Of a DNA stretch of 64,000 bases, positions 1-29,500 are shown in pieces. The notes under the pieces were generated by a model. It did not search any database, was not told the DNA's origin, and was given only the letters and a program-made list of their open reading frames with translations. A program made the translations under genes and the position numbers. The stretch's first letter is position 1, and every line of letters starts with the position of its first letter. The stretch is from Tubiluchus corallicola (Eukaryota > Animalia > Priapulida): the NCBI GenBank assembly GCA_030141605.1, contig JAQGDQ010000030.1, positions 226,748 to 290,747 on the forward strand. The letters are read 5' to 3'.

Positions 1-3000
1 AGTTATTTTATACTTGCGCTTTACCATGACTTAAACTATGCAAGAATAACTTTTAAACAAGAAAAACCGTTGTATTTTGATGTAGTATATTAGTGTTTGC
101 TTAACTTGGAAAACTTTGACGCGTTTTCCTGTTTGATAGATAAAAGTTTAGATAGCTTGTCTTATGACTCGTTATATGTAAGATAATGACAGAGTTGTGT
201 TTCACACATTACTAATAATTTACTTACCATTGTTAGAATTGATGTAACGATGTTTGTCTTCTAACAAGTCCATTTAATATGAGTGTAAACAGGTACTAAC
301 GATAATTTGTGCATGATGTAACCAGGTGTAATTAATGTTTGTAGGTATGTGTGCCAAATCTGTGTCATCAAATTGACAATGGCCAATGCGTCATTAGTTT
401 CCTTGTCGTTGTTGCAAATTTACTATTAAATCATGTCTATCATGAGTTGTGAGCATTTTTAATTTTATTCTGGCTTTAACTATCTGAGTGCCTGTGCATG
501 TTGCCATGAACGATATGCAATTTTGGCGATTAGGCTTGCTATGATTCTGCTTTTTTGCTGAATAGTGTTATAGATTAGTAGCAAAGTTTAATTAAAACAT
601 AATCAATTATGCGATGTTTAGCATTATATCTATGTAGCAGCTATTTCATTGCTGTGGTAACTGAGAAAGCACACAGCATTGAGCTATGTATAACAATTTA
701 GGTTGTGTTATTGTTACTTAGTAGTGCTAACAATTTGTTTTAATTATTGTTAATGCATAATATCATCGGTAGTCAAGACATTTTGTCTTAATTTTAATCA
801 AAAAACCCGCAACATGCATGTGAATTGGCGGGAATGATAGTTTTTTATTTGGGAAAATAATGTTGTTATTAATTATTATTATTAATATTATTTATTTAGT
901 TTTATTATTATTATAGTTAATACATTTAGTACAGTTATAAGTTTATTTAAACTGTTTCATTAAATAAGATCTGGTTTATACAGTTGCAGGGCTGTGAGGT
1001 TCTACTTTTATATTTTTGGTGCTATTCTCGTTCTAATGTTATATAAGTAGTCTCTATTTTGCACTGAAACACTCTTAATGGGTTGTACAATGTATAGTGC
1101 AGAACTTAGTTTTATCGAATGTCAGGTATGAAATTTTTTACACATTGTTCACTACCTACGCTAACGTAGGAAACCCTTCTTCGTGAGGCTTCTTCCAAAA
1201 TGTTTACAAAATGACACAAAATGTCTTAGTTTGGTACTAGAACGCCCTGTAGATGTTACAATGCTGTCAGTGTGTAAAGCTGTGAGCGCACTTGTTCCAT
1301 TAACATGATATCGCTACTTCCATTGCTGTTATTTAAGCTGTATATGTGTCAGTGGAGCCGATTCGTACTATTTTATTTTTGACTTCTGCAGCTTTACACA
1401 AACTATCCTTTTCCTGACTGAACTGCCACTGTCTCGTATGATAGCAGCTCTGGAAACAATGTGAATTTTTTAAATCTTCGTTATTACAAAGAGTGCAATA
1501 AATTTTTTGTAAAATCGATTTCGGCACTGATAGTGCGGATATGAAGCCATTCATTGCAGATTATTAACAGTGATCGGTGAAACTTTGTTCGTCTCAGAAT
1601 AAGAATGCACGACAGTTTTTATAAAGCGTTAAATTAATTTCATACGATAACTTCAACATCACATTTTTACACATGTGATTTTTCTTTATAGTCAGGTTTA
1701 CTAATGAGCCTTGTATTCTTACACAAATGATTGAAAAAACACGTTACCTAAACGAATAACATCTGTTCTTGTTTTGGTTTGAAGTATTTTGTTAATCTGT
1801 TTATTAATCTGATACGCAACACACACATTTGAATAGAAGAAACAATAGAAAATTAAAAAGATTGGCTAATAGATTCAGAAGAACCTGTAATAAAACCACT
1901 TCACTGTTCTCGTTTTTACATCATTTACTTTTTGGAAGTAAACAACAGGCAAACAAATAACTTACATTGTTAAAAAGCTGAAAATGCCTGAAAAATTTTT
2001 CCTCTGAAGTTCTGAGTTCAAAAATTTACACCACCGTATAACCAAGTAATCACATCCAAGTGTACGACTAATCGATTGATGGTTAAAAAGCATTAGATAT
2101 GGATTACCTTGATTTGTAGTCGATTACTAAATGAATAAATTATTTGCCGAAAAATTTAATCTTATTACAGTAGATAAACAACAACTGGAGATAAAATACT
2201 TGAAAATGTTCGTGACGTTGAAATCCAGCACTTAACATAGGACCTACTAATGTTGACATTTGTGACCTAAGCTGGTGTATCATCCATGAGTCAGTGAACA
2301 GCAGACGTATTTGCCACGTTTGGATGTGAATTCTGTCTCAGTAAATAACCAGAAGCAATGCGATGGAAGAAAATGTCATTTTCCTGATGGTCACCTATCT
2401 ATTTACTAAACAGGCTCAGTAACTTTGAAGCCAGACACACCCTCTGACAAATTATGCTGTAAACTCTGTCACCAAGTTCAATTCAATTTAGATTTGTTTG
2501 CACAAATACATTTACGTAATATGGCAAAAAATACAATTACAAAAACAAACTACAAGAATAAATACAAAATACATTTACGTAACATGGCAAAACACGTTTT
2601 AGTGCAAGTATTGTAACAAAAATATTATATTGTACTGACGAGTTAGAAAAATTGACATGGCTAGAAATAAACCATAATATGGTAGGCTTGTTGAATTATA
2701 TCAGCTTTTAAATGAATTACAAAATCAAAGTGAATAAACTAACATGTGCAAAAGTTAAGTTAGTTGCTGAGTTACTAGGACTAAATTAAGGCCTTCTATC
2801 ATCAGAAAGACCAGTTTAATCTATTAATTGTGATGTTGAACTTTAGTTCAACTATCAAAGCTTCGAATCGAAGAACAGGGGAGTTTTCCAGTCAAGTTTG
2901 GTTTTAATAATTCAATAGTTGTGAGTTTACTCCATCATTACTCATAATCTTGAAATCAAATTTAACAATGAAATACTAAAAAGAATCCTTAATTCTTTAC

Positions 3001-4087
3001 AGAATGAACTTTCTCTGCTTTGGGCGCATAAGTAAAAATCGAAAGGTTAAAAACAGGTCCTCCCGAGAAACTACCTTATCGTTCATTCACCGTCTCCATA
3101 AAAAGTTTATCCCCAGCACCTGGACATCTAATGACCCGTAATTACAGGACATGATACCTTAATTACTCAGCCGCGTGTAGATCACAAATTACTCTATTCA
3201 TATACGTTACCGGTTCTTAATCTTCCCATCCAGGATCCTTAACCTCCGCTAACCTGGATTCATTATCCTGAAGAACGACTACAAACCACAACAGTTGGCG
3301 TTAAATTTTGCTGACTTTGTCGTTATTATGTTGACGGTTCATGTTATTATAATGTTTTTATACCCAATGAAAGGCAAAATGTACTAGATCAGCAAATTCT
3401 TTATTCGTTTCATCCTTGTCAGTTCAGCTAAATAGTTCTTGTCTCTTGTTTGTACCGTTAAAGCGTTAGGTTTTTTTAAACACTAAAAAAGAGGTGTTTC
3501 AGTTTCACTGACAAATTTAATTTTTAATTTTCTTTGCAGCTGATCAATGAACGATTACCCCTTCTTGTGGTAAGTTGGCTAAATTCCTATACAGTAGTTA
3601 AGAATTTTTTGAGCCTTCATTTGCCACACTGGCTCTAAAGGTGTAAAATCGCGATATCGCTAGAAAAGAGCGTGGTACAAATTTGTAAATTAAACTAGGT
3701 CTAAAAGACTTACGAAAATTCGATGTCACTAAATTTGTTGTGAATCATAGACTCCGCCATTAAAAAGAGGGACTTCTGAAATATCTTAAATAACGAACTC
3801 GAAATGTTAGTTCTAATAATGCGGACTGCATCGATCGCGCTTCACTCTACCTAACTATTAAATAATATATGAAAAATTATGCCTGTTGCTGCTTTTTGCT
3901 AAGACTAGACAGTGTAACGAGTATCAATATGTAAGCGATCCTTTCCTACTCATTTACTCGAAAGATTGTGATGTCTGCTTGTGAACAGCACTCGGAATGA
4001 GAGAGTAACAAAAAATCACTAAATGAACGTATAGATTAATGATTATGTGTGTGTATAAACAAATGTTTAAATACATAAATAAAACGA

Positions 4088-4825
4088 ATGAATGATAAGT
4101 TAAACGAATATCACTTTTCTGACTTTCAGTTACCTGTCGAAACAAGTGTGCGTGATCTTGGTATTATAATTTCTCATGATGGGAAATGGACAAACCAATG
4201 CACTGAGGCAGCTACTAAAGCGAATAGAATTATAAATATGTTGTTTAGAATGTTTTCTACTGATGATAAAGACAAATTATTAAAATCGTTCATAGCTTAC
4301 ATAAGACCTATTGTAAAGTATTGCTCGCCAGTCTGGAATCCAGCTTTATTGGGGAATGATGACCGCATTGAAAGTGTATAGCGATACTTTACTCGTCGCC
4401 TGTTTTCTAAATGTAACTTAATGTATATGCCACATCCTAAGCGTCTCGAGATTCTTAATCTAAAGTCTTTAGAAGAGAGACGCATTCAACAATATTTAGC
4501 TATATGCCACCAAATTATTCATAGAGATGTTGATGTTGATTTTGACAAATTTTTTACCTGGGTGTCTTGTAGTATAATAAGACAAAATCATTCTCTAAAG
4601 CTTTTAGAGTGTCGAAATTATCATTTGGTCAATTTTTCTCAAATCGAGTTGTACCGGTTTGGAACTCATTGCCTGCATATGTTGATGGTGCACCCCTCGT
4701 AACTGCGCAAAATATTAATTTAATTAAAATGAGCTTATATAAAGTTAACTTGCACAAATTCCTTGTACACAATAGACACAATAAGCAGTTAAATTGGGTG
4801 TGAATAAAATAAATAAATAAAAATT
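4088..4825 (+). mobile_element. 5'-truncated, decayed CR1/L2-group LINE (C-terminal part of the RT ORF)
   Basis: VRDLGIII, KANR, YIRPIVKYCSPVWNP, RLEILNLKSLEERR, FFSNRVVPVWNSLP across stops/frameshift; ends in an AATAAA-rich tail. Confidence 0.9.
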
Positions 4826-4878
4826 AAATAGACACACGAACGGATAAACAAATTGATGGTTGCATCGCTATTGATGGT

Positions 4879-5250
4879 TGAAACCCACAATTCATTAAAT
4901 CTTGATACCGAACTTAAAAGACAGAAAAATGTGAAAAAATGGAATACAGTGAAACGGAAATTTCAGATTTAAAATTAATGTAAAAAAATGCAAATTAGGG
5001 TAAAAAATTAGTCAAATTAGTTATAATCACTAGTGTGATTGATCTAACACTGGAAATGCTGAATTTTGTTGGCCACTCATAAGAGATGAACTTCGGACTG
5101 CCTCGATACCTGGGTAATACAGTGGTCTACCGAACTAATGCGTTTACTTTGTAAGCAGCAGGTTCCTGGTTCAATTCAAGGTTGTATTCCAACTTTTTCA
5201 CACTTCCTGTCTTTCAAGTTATGTGTCAAAATTTAACGAGTTATGGTTTG
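4879..5250. mobile_element. Palindromic tRNA-derived (SINE-like) repeat, copy 1
   Basis: Arms 4879-4950 and 5181-5250 are imperfect reverse complements; B-box-like GGTTCAATTC at 5168; similar to 24680-25020. Confidence 0.55.
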
Positions 5251-6181
5251 GTACCATAATAATCTTACTTTAAGAAATCTATACAGTTGCATAACCATAC
5301 AATTTTGTTAGTAAATATCAATCAACCTTCGCCAAATAGTTATTATTGGGGCTGTAAAAACGTTTTTTGCATTATCAGATGCAGAATTCAAAAACTTGGC
5401 TACGTTGTCGCGACTGTAATAATTTACAGTACGTACTTGCAATGGTTTAAAATAACAAACAAAAACAGAACTATTCAGGTTGAAAGAAAGAGAGGAAATT
5501 TAAGATAGAGAAGTTTGTTATATTACTGAAGCGGAGGAAGTACGCTTGGCTGTCCTTCTATCAATCCATCCTGGTGGTTTTCTCCGCCTGACGTGAACTG
5601 TGATCATGCATAATGTACGCTGCTATGAGCGTTATTGACCTTTCAGTCAGGGTTTTAGCATGTCTCTGTAGATAAGCATTTTTCCTATGCTACTTTTATA
5701 ATAATCGCAGTGTGAAAATAATGTGACTATTTGAAAAGTAGTGTCATCGTTATGATTTCATTTTTACTGATGTATGCTAGATGGGATAACAATAAATGTA
5801 GCATAAAATACAAGCCATGTGAAAATTGTTGTTAAGTGTTAAGATTTGTAATTTATGTGTATTGTGTACGCATGAGGCTTTTTGATGGCGTTCAGTTAGT
5901 TATAAATTAGATCTACTGTAAAATTGTTGGACCTGAATGTGAACAAATTTTAGCACTACAATTACAAATGAAATAATCTAATGGATGTAAAAGGCAATAG
6001 GTAAGTTTTCGCTAATTTTGTTTCACAACAGAAATAGTTATAATTTAGTTAATTTGAAACATAAAAGTCAAATTGCCTCTAATTAATAGGTGTTGTCGGT
6101 CTATTTTACACTTATTTCTGCCGTCACATACATAATTAGGATTTTACATCCTATATTCTCTAATTAATTCATATTTATACA

Positions 6182-6186
6182 TTGTT

Positions 6187-6217
<31 letters not shown>

Positions 6218-6229
6218 CCGTTGTTGTTG
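6182..6229 (+). repeat. (GTT)n microsatellite
   Basis: Directly visible. Confidence 0.9.
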
Positions 6230-6781
6230 CTGTGCCATTGCTACCACCTATCGCTGTTGCCATCATTGCCGTTTTCATTGTTGTCAAAGAAGACCGTGAC
6301 ATCTCATGGAACTAAGTCAAATATAAAAAAATAAACGGTTTTATTTTGCAACCATGCGGAGCAAGTGGTGTCAATTTGGCTACTCACCTAAATGAAATTA
6401 GAAAACCAATCTCGTCTACACTTGTTGAACCACATTTAGACTTAGTATAATTAAACGGTTTCTTCTCTATGAGTCTACGTTGAGTGCAAATGTCGTTTAG
6501 CAAAGCTCAGGTTTTTACAGTTTTTTGCATTATCACAAGTCAAATCACAGGAACAAATCTTCAAAGAGTAAAAACTTAGATTTACAAAAAATTAACGCAC
6601 TTGCCTATTTACTTGTGAAACAACTGCCTAAACGGCTATAACACTTTGCAAGAATTCAAGTTTACTGTGCTTGCCTACTTGCTTGCTTCAAATAGAAAAC
6701 AAATTTAGTGATGTGGAAGTATTTTTTTATTCAAGGTACTAAAATGGTGTAAATGGCGTACTCAAGTAGGACGTCCATAAA

Positions 6782-22988
<16,207 letters not shown>

Positions 22989-23538
22989 CGTCATTGGTAC
23001 CTACGTCGACCCGCCGGAGCAAAGACCGGAACATCTTTGGCAGGAATGACGGTCTTACTTTAGAGTAGAGTTCTGAAGCCAAGAAGAGTAAAAAATATTC
23101 AATACATAATTATCAGTATTACTATATTTTTGTATTAAAATGTCAGTAATTCTTTTGCTCTAGCAAGTTACAAGGTACACGTTTGACGTACGCTAGCAGA
23201 TCTTGTCAGACTCGTCAGGTTTGTAGCAATGTATTTGCGGTTTAAAACTTTTTGATTACGTATGTGTATGGTCAGTATATTTTCTTAAAACGTAGATTAA
23301 ATAAAGCTTGCTTATACTGCAAATTCATTAAGAAAATTTCATGATCAGCTTCATACGATATTGATCAGCAGTTTACATACCTCGCTTGCTCAACTGTCAG
23401 GCTTTGGATCTGTGTAATTCAGTGAATAGGCGGTGCGAGCAATCACAAAAACAAAAAGGTAGTACTGTATTTAAATTTTTAAAACTAATCATGTTAATAA
23501 ACTTCTCCTAGAGAGAAACATGTACGTCGAACAAAAAA

Positions 23539-24560
23539 ATGAATGTAAAATGGGATTATCAAATGTTTGACGCTTTTATTGTCTTGCGGCAAGGTGCTGT
23601 TCTTTCTCCCACCCTTTTCGGAGTATATTTAGATGGTCTGCTGGTAAAACTTCAAGAGTCCGGCTGCGATCGCTACATTAGCAATGTGTACACTGGCTCA
23701 GTCAGCTACGCTGGCAATTTGACCATTTAGCGTCTAGCGTAAAGGCATTACAAAAGCTGCTCCTGAAGAATATGCTAATGAGTATGACATAAATTTTGTT
23801 CATATACAGGAAAAAAATTAAAAGTAAATGTGTTAGATTTACTCCATTAAAGAAAAAAATTTCCCTTATCCATGTATAAGGCTGCAACACCCCTCTCACC
23901 TGGTGTGATACGGTCGTTCATCTTGGTCATATTTTGTCCTTTGAACTTTTTGATGATACTGGCATTTTACGTAAAAGAGCAGATATTGCGTATCGTGCAA
24001 ATAGCATCATTTCTAACTTTGGTTTTGTAAAGAGCCAAATCAAAACAAAAACTTTCATGACTTATTGTCACAGTTTCTATGGAAGCCAGGCATGGCGTCT
24101 ATATAATTGTAATTTATCTAGAATGTCGATATTTCCTGGAATATTGCCGTGCGTAAGTTACGGTGTCTCCCATATCGAGTGCACCCTTATATATTACTTT
24201 ATATTGCCAGTATTGTACACACAAATTAACAATTTGTCAAGCGTTTTATTAAATACTATGTTAATTGTAAACGAAGTAGTAACACTACTGTTAAATTTTT
24301 GGCACACCAAGCTCTGTTTACTGTCAAATTAGCAGTGAGTTTTAATTTATGACATATATGTTGCACATTGTTGAACTGTAGATGTTATCAGTTAGAAAAA
24401 GGATCATATAACATTTTGGGAAGGAGATCAGTGAGGAAAAAGGCTTTGATAGGAAACCAACAGGTAATTGTTAATATGGCTAGAGACTGCATCGAATGCT
24501 TAGAATGTAATGCTTTTAATTTTTTAAACACAACTGCAATCAATTCTAGATGACATTGTT
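23539..24560 (+). mobile_element. Decayed non-LTR retrotransposon RT fragment
   Basis: LRQGAVLSPTLFGVYLDGLL...SYAG (degenerate YADD), VVHLGH, FMTYCHSFYGSQAW; several frame disruptions. Confidence 0.85.
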
Positions 24561-24679
24561 ACATGTTAATTTGCAAGAAATTATAGTGCTTATAGATTTT
24601 ATCAGAAATACTAGGCCCATTAATCCTTTTTACTATTGTTATGTTGTTTTATCACTAATTGTGTAAATAATCTTGACTG

Positions 24680-25020
24680 ATAACACTTGACTGGAAACGA
24701 AAATTTTCAATACAGCCTGGTTTGAACCTGGGACCTCCTGCTGACTAAGCAGACGCCATAGCCACTTGACTATGACAGCGATCATGACAATCAAATGTTC
24801 TTCCTTACGTTTAGCTGGTCACCAGGTTCAGCATTTCTATTTAGGCTCAAAATTAGAAATGAAATTGGACTGTCATGATCGTTAGGAGACCTAGAGGTTA
24901 TGCTATCCGTCTTGAAAGCAGAAGATTCCTGGTTCAAGCCAGGTTGTGTTCAACTTTTTATATTTCCTATTTTTTAAGTCAGATTTAAAAAGTTAATCAA
25001 TTGTAAGTTTGTTTGTATCA
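24680..25020. mobile_element. Palindromic tRNA-derived (SINE-like) repeat, copy 2, with two divergent tRNA-like heads
   Basis: Minus strand TAGTCAAGTGG (A box) and GGTTCAAACC (B box) within 24718-24773; plus strand GGTTCAAGCC at 24931. Confidence 0.6.
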
Positions 25021-26029
25021 TAATTAAAAACAATCTTGATATTAAATAAAATCATTATTAATCATTTATAAATAATGAACAACAAAAGGATTCGTCTAAC
25101 AATTAAGCCGAGAAGAGGTCAAATACAGTATAATACATTATGCATTTCTACCAGTAGATGACGCTACGTAACAGAAAATACTTTGCCTATTGGCCAGGCG
25201 CTGCTTCATTGCTCTCAGTGTTCAATTTCTTTATCATGGACGATAGGGTGCTGTGAGTTGTATGTATTTCACGACAAAAAGTCAAGTAGCAGGGTAAGTG
25301 AATGGTTTTTGTTGGTTCAACTGATGTAGAAATGTTTTAAGAAGAACTTGTATGAAATGTTCGGCTATCGTTTCTATTTTGTAAAATTTTAAGTGCTAGT
25401 GACGGTAGTCACTAAGTATGACTGCAGTTCGAAAATTGTGTAGTAGTTGCAGCCTCTCCAAGTATTTAGCCGGCGGCGGCTACTAATAGAAATTACTAAA
25501 TAAAATATTTACATTAGTAATAATGCCACTGGTGTCATCAGCGGCTAATACATAAGCATAATGCTGTGTCTTTTTGACTACTTTCCTTACCTGTCAATGA
25601 AATTTCCTTGTATTGTAGGCGTGTCGTGTTTCTCTTGCCTTACTTTAGCTAATTTTATGAAACTAAGTGTGTCCGAAACGTAGGATTAAAATCTAAAAAC
25701 GTATATGTGCATTTTTGAACTAATTTTTTAATGAAAGGTTTGCAAGCTGAGTGGTACGGTACCATTAGTAGAATTATTACGAAAAGAGTTATCAATGTCA
25801 TAACAGATAACTGACAGTTAAGATGCTTATATAATTATTTACCGTTACTGTCAAATGGTAGAGATTAAGCTAATAAATAGCTTATAAACCTATCCAGTCT
25901 TCTTTGGTTTAGATATTTGTATTAAAAGAAACAGCTGCACTCCACGATCGTGGACTGTGTCGCAAGACATCTTGTTGTAATTGAGGCAGTCTAGGATCGA
26001 CAAACTTTTCTGGGTTGTGCTGCCAATAT

Positions 26030-26545
26030 CAGTCTAATTGGGACTTAAGCAGAGAAGGGTTAGTGGCACTGATTACATTTTTGGGTAGCTTATTCCATTC
26101 GTCGGCCACTTGCATCAAAAGAATCTCTCGTTTTCTGCTCCATTTATTGGAGGTTCCTCTCTTATTGATTTTGTAAGGATGCCCTCTAGCACCATGCTAT
26201 GTCTGAGATGGAAACATTTTGCTAGCATCAATATGATCAGAACATTTTAAGATGCGGAAAGTTTGGATCAAGTCCTGCCTCTTACGCCTGTATTTTAAAG
26301 TAGTTAGCCCTAGCCTCTTGATTCTCGTAGAGTATGGTAGTCCAGAAACTGCTGGTACAAGCCTAGTAGTTCGACATATTCAATTTTTCTTATCATATCT
26401 TGCCTCGCTGGTTTCCAAACTACATCACCATAATCCAAAATTGGTCTATCCATTAACTTGTACAGTTGTCTGTGTACAATGAGACATGTTTTGGTTCATC
26501 ATAGGCCTATCTAAATAAGTGAAGTTTCGCTTAATAAATGTGTAA
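26030..26545 (-). mobile_element. Decayed CR1-type LINE 3' end
   Basis: Hand translation of the minus strand: KRNFTYLD, RPILDYGDVVWKP, LPYSTRIKRLGLTTLKYRRKRQDLIQTFRIL, ARGHPYKI, WNKLPKNVISA. Confidence 0.85.
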
Positions 26546-29500
26546 AGTTTATCACCTAAGCAGTAAATTACTAAGTTTAGATTGTGGTGTTTAAGCAGCA
26601 CTACTAAAAACATGAACATTGCATACAGAGTAGAGACAGACAATGATATGGATGTATTAAGTGCACATTAAATTTTTGAATTTGAAATTTTAGTAGAAGT
26701 TTTTGCTATAGCTTGTGCTTAAAGCAATTTCCTCAAAATCAAGGTTTCTGAATCTGTAGTCTTTAGTGTTACAAACTTTGTTACAAAATTTTAAGTACAC
26801 GTATCAATATCAAGGCTGGATGTGTAACACACTTTCTTCTTTCGTTGATTTTGTTTCTGAGAATTCTTTACTTATTTCCCTTAACTTGGCATTAACTAAA
26901 GCAACTGAATTAAGATCAAATGCAAGTTTAACTGTTCCAATTTTGTCTTGTTTGCACCTTACACATGAGTAAAAAATGTGTGTACTTGCTATAACAAGAT
27001 TTTACTTGTCATAAACAGCCTGACAATGGTGCCATTGTTTATTTCTGGAAACGATTTATTTGGACTCGTGCAGAACTGTCGGTTTTCTGTCAGTAGTTGA
27101 ATTGTATTTAAGCAGGGTAATTATGACACAATTCTGTACACAGACAGGACACAGCAGGGGTTTGTATTGTGGTAGTTCAAAAGTTGAGAGAGTAACTCTT
27201 AGCTCTGAATAGAAATCACTTTCAAGAGTTTAATAGAATAAATTGTATTAATTTGCATTCTACTAAGCGTAATGCTTCAGCAAATAACTCATTGATGGTT
27301 TGCCAATGGTCTACGAAAACTGAATTTAGTGGCTTCAGAGTTCAGATATTTACTGCTATGTTAGCTCATTGTTCAGTAAATCATGTGCATTTGTTAGTAT
27401 TATTGATCACATGTTGTAGTTTTCTGACTTTGTAGCGATTATTAAATTGAAATAAAATGTATTTACACATTTTATATTTTTAAATAAATTATACTGACGT
27501 AATGTTGTTATTTCTTAAATTTAAATTTATATTGTTTTATCAATGTCAGCAAATGTTTAGGTGTCTGGCGAGCTTACACAATATAGTTCTTTAAGCAAAC
27601 ATTATAATTTTCCATCTTGTTTATCAAATATGCTTAAAGCTTTCATTTTCAAGTTGAAAATTAAATTTTAATAAATTGCAGATACCATCAACCCTGAATC
27701 AAACAATTTTCTCCTTTTTCAAAATTTTCTTTTTCTGTTTCATTCCTGTGAAAACTGTCTAGCGGTTTCACTGACATGTTGAATTGCTAAATTTGGCCAG
27801 CAATTATCTCAAAATTGTGGAACATTGCTAAAGAAGCATCACTGTTGACTTAACAGTTTTAACCAATTTTCTAGACAAACCATGCAGCCATTAACTGGCT
27901 TTCATGTGTCAGAGACACAGTTGCATTGATGCTAATGATTAATGTAAATTGCTTTACTTGAGGTCATGTTGGTAAGTTTGAAGGTGTGAACTGATGATTT
28001 GATGATTCAACTATATGTCTAAAATATTGTGCTTCATTTTACAGTTTGTGTTTCCCCTTTTAAAATACCATTAGTCGATAAGCCTACAATTCTATCGCTG
28101 CTAAAGAATCTAATGCTTGTCAATTATGCGATGACCTAAGATATGTTTCTATATTGTCTATTTTTCAATAAAGTCCTATGACTTCTTATTAAACTGTTCA
28201 GTTTTTCCTTCAAAAATTTATTAATAGATTATTGATGTTCCAAGAAGGTGATTTTTTCAGACCTTGGGCTCTTTAACTAGAGTCAGGACATCTCTCCAAA
28301 GTATTTCCTCTGTCATATTCGAGAACCATTATTTGGTCCCATTTTTGTCTTAAATGTTGTCACAATGCAGGAATGGGAACACTCAAAATTATTCTTTCCT
28401 TATTCGGAAACAAATACCAAGAATAATATTTCTTCTCCTTTTTTGCTTTCCATGTTGTTAGCTCAAGATTTGAGACAAATTGCCTTTGGTAAGCACTGAC
28501 CATTAGTAATTGTATGTTTGGTTTAAACAGTAGTACATACATGTAACTTTATTAACAAAATTTAATGTTACCTAGGTATATATGACAGGAAAACAAAATA
28601 GAATTCTTAATAGGATTGGCTGACAGGTTCAGAAGAACCTATATTAAAGCTTCTATAAAAAAGGTTTCATCGTTTCATACAGTTAGATGTATTTGTGATG
28701 CATAAGTTTGACTGAGGTTGATTATCAATAGAAATGGAAAAGCTTTGAATATAGGTGAAAGTCGAGAATGAGTGAAGATGGAAGTGATTTGAGATGATGA
28801 AAATTAGTGAGGTGGCTCGTGTACTTAAATAGTTGTCATTAGCAGAATCATGTGAAACATTTACTATGAATACTGACAAAATAGCAGACAAAATAATATT
28901 ATTAAGTGCTATTGGGTAAGACAAATTACCAAACAGCAATTTATAAACATCATTATGAATATGAACTGAAAATGAATTGCTAATGACATGTGGTCACTGA
29001 AACTAAAGATACTCCAGAAAGTAATGACGGGAATCTTCCAAAGTGTATGAATGTTTCTGTATACATGTATGTTTCTGTTCAATATGTCAATAGTATTAAA
29101 GTATAAAGAAAATTTAAAAAAGAATTGCTGTAATGCTCATTTTTCTAGAATACCATGACTGTATTACGAAGTGAGCTCGTCTTCATTTTTTTGTCACCAA
29201 TACCAAGTTTTTAGGAGGTTGTATGAAAATATTTCGAAATTTATGCTCTTGAATGAGAGCCGGTTGTTTCCATGGATAATTTATGGTGCCACAGAAGCAG
29301 TACATAATATGCTTAATGTGCATCAGGTTATAGTTATGAAATTGCAATTACCTAAATTGCACCATTCCCTAGTTGTTTGTCAATTTGTATTTGCACTGAA
29401 ATCAAGTTTTTGTTGTTCGTATGTGGGCCAAGAACATATTATATGATTGAATAATTGGGGTTATTAGTTATTGCCATTTGGTGGTTACATTTGCCTGTTA

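Noticed and set aside
24700-24960. Functional tRNA genes
   Set aside because: A/B-box-like motifs are present but I could not fold a clean cloverleaf, and the flanks are shared with another repeat copy.
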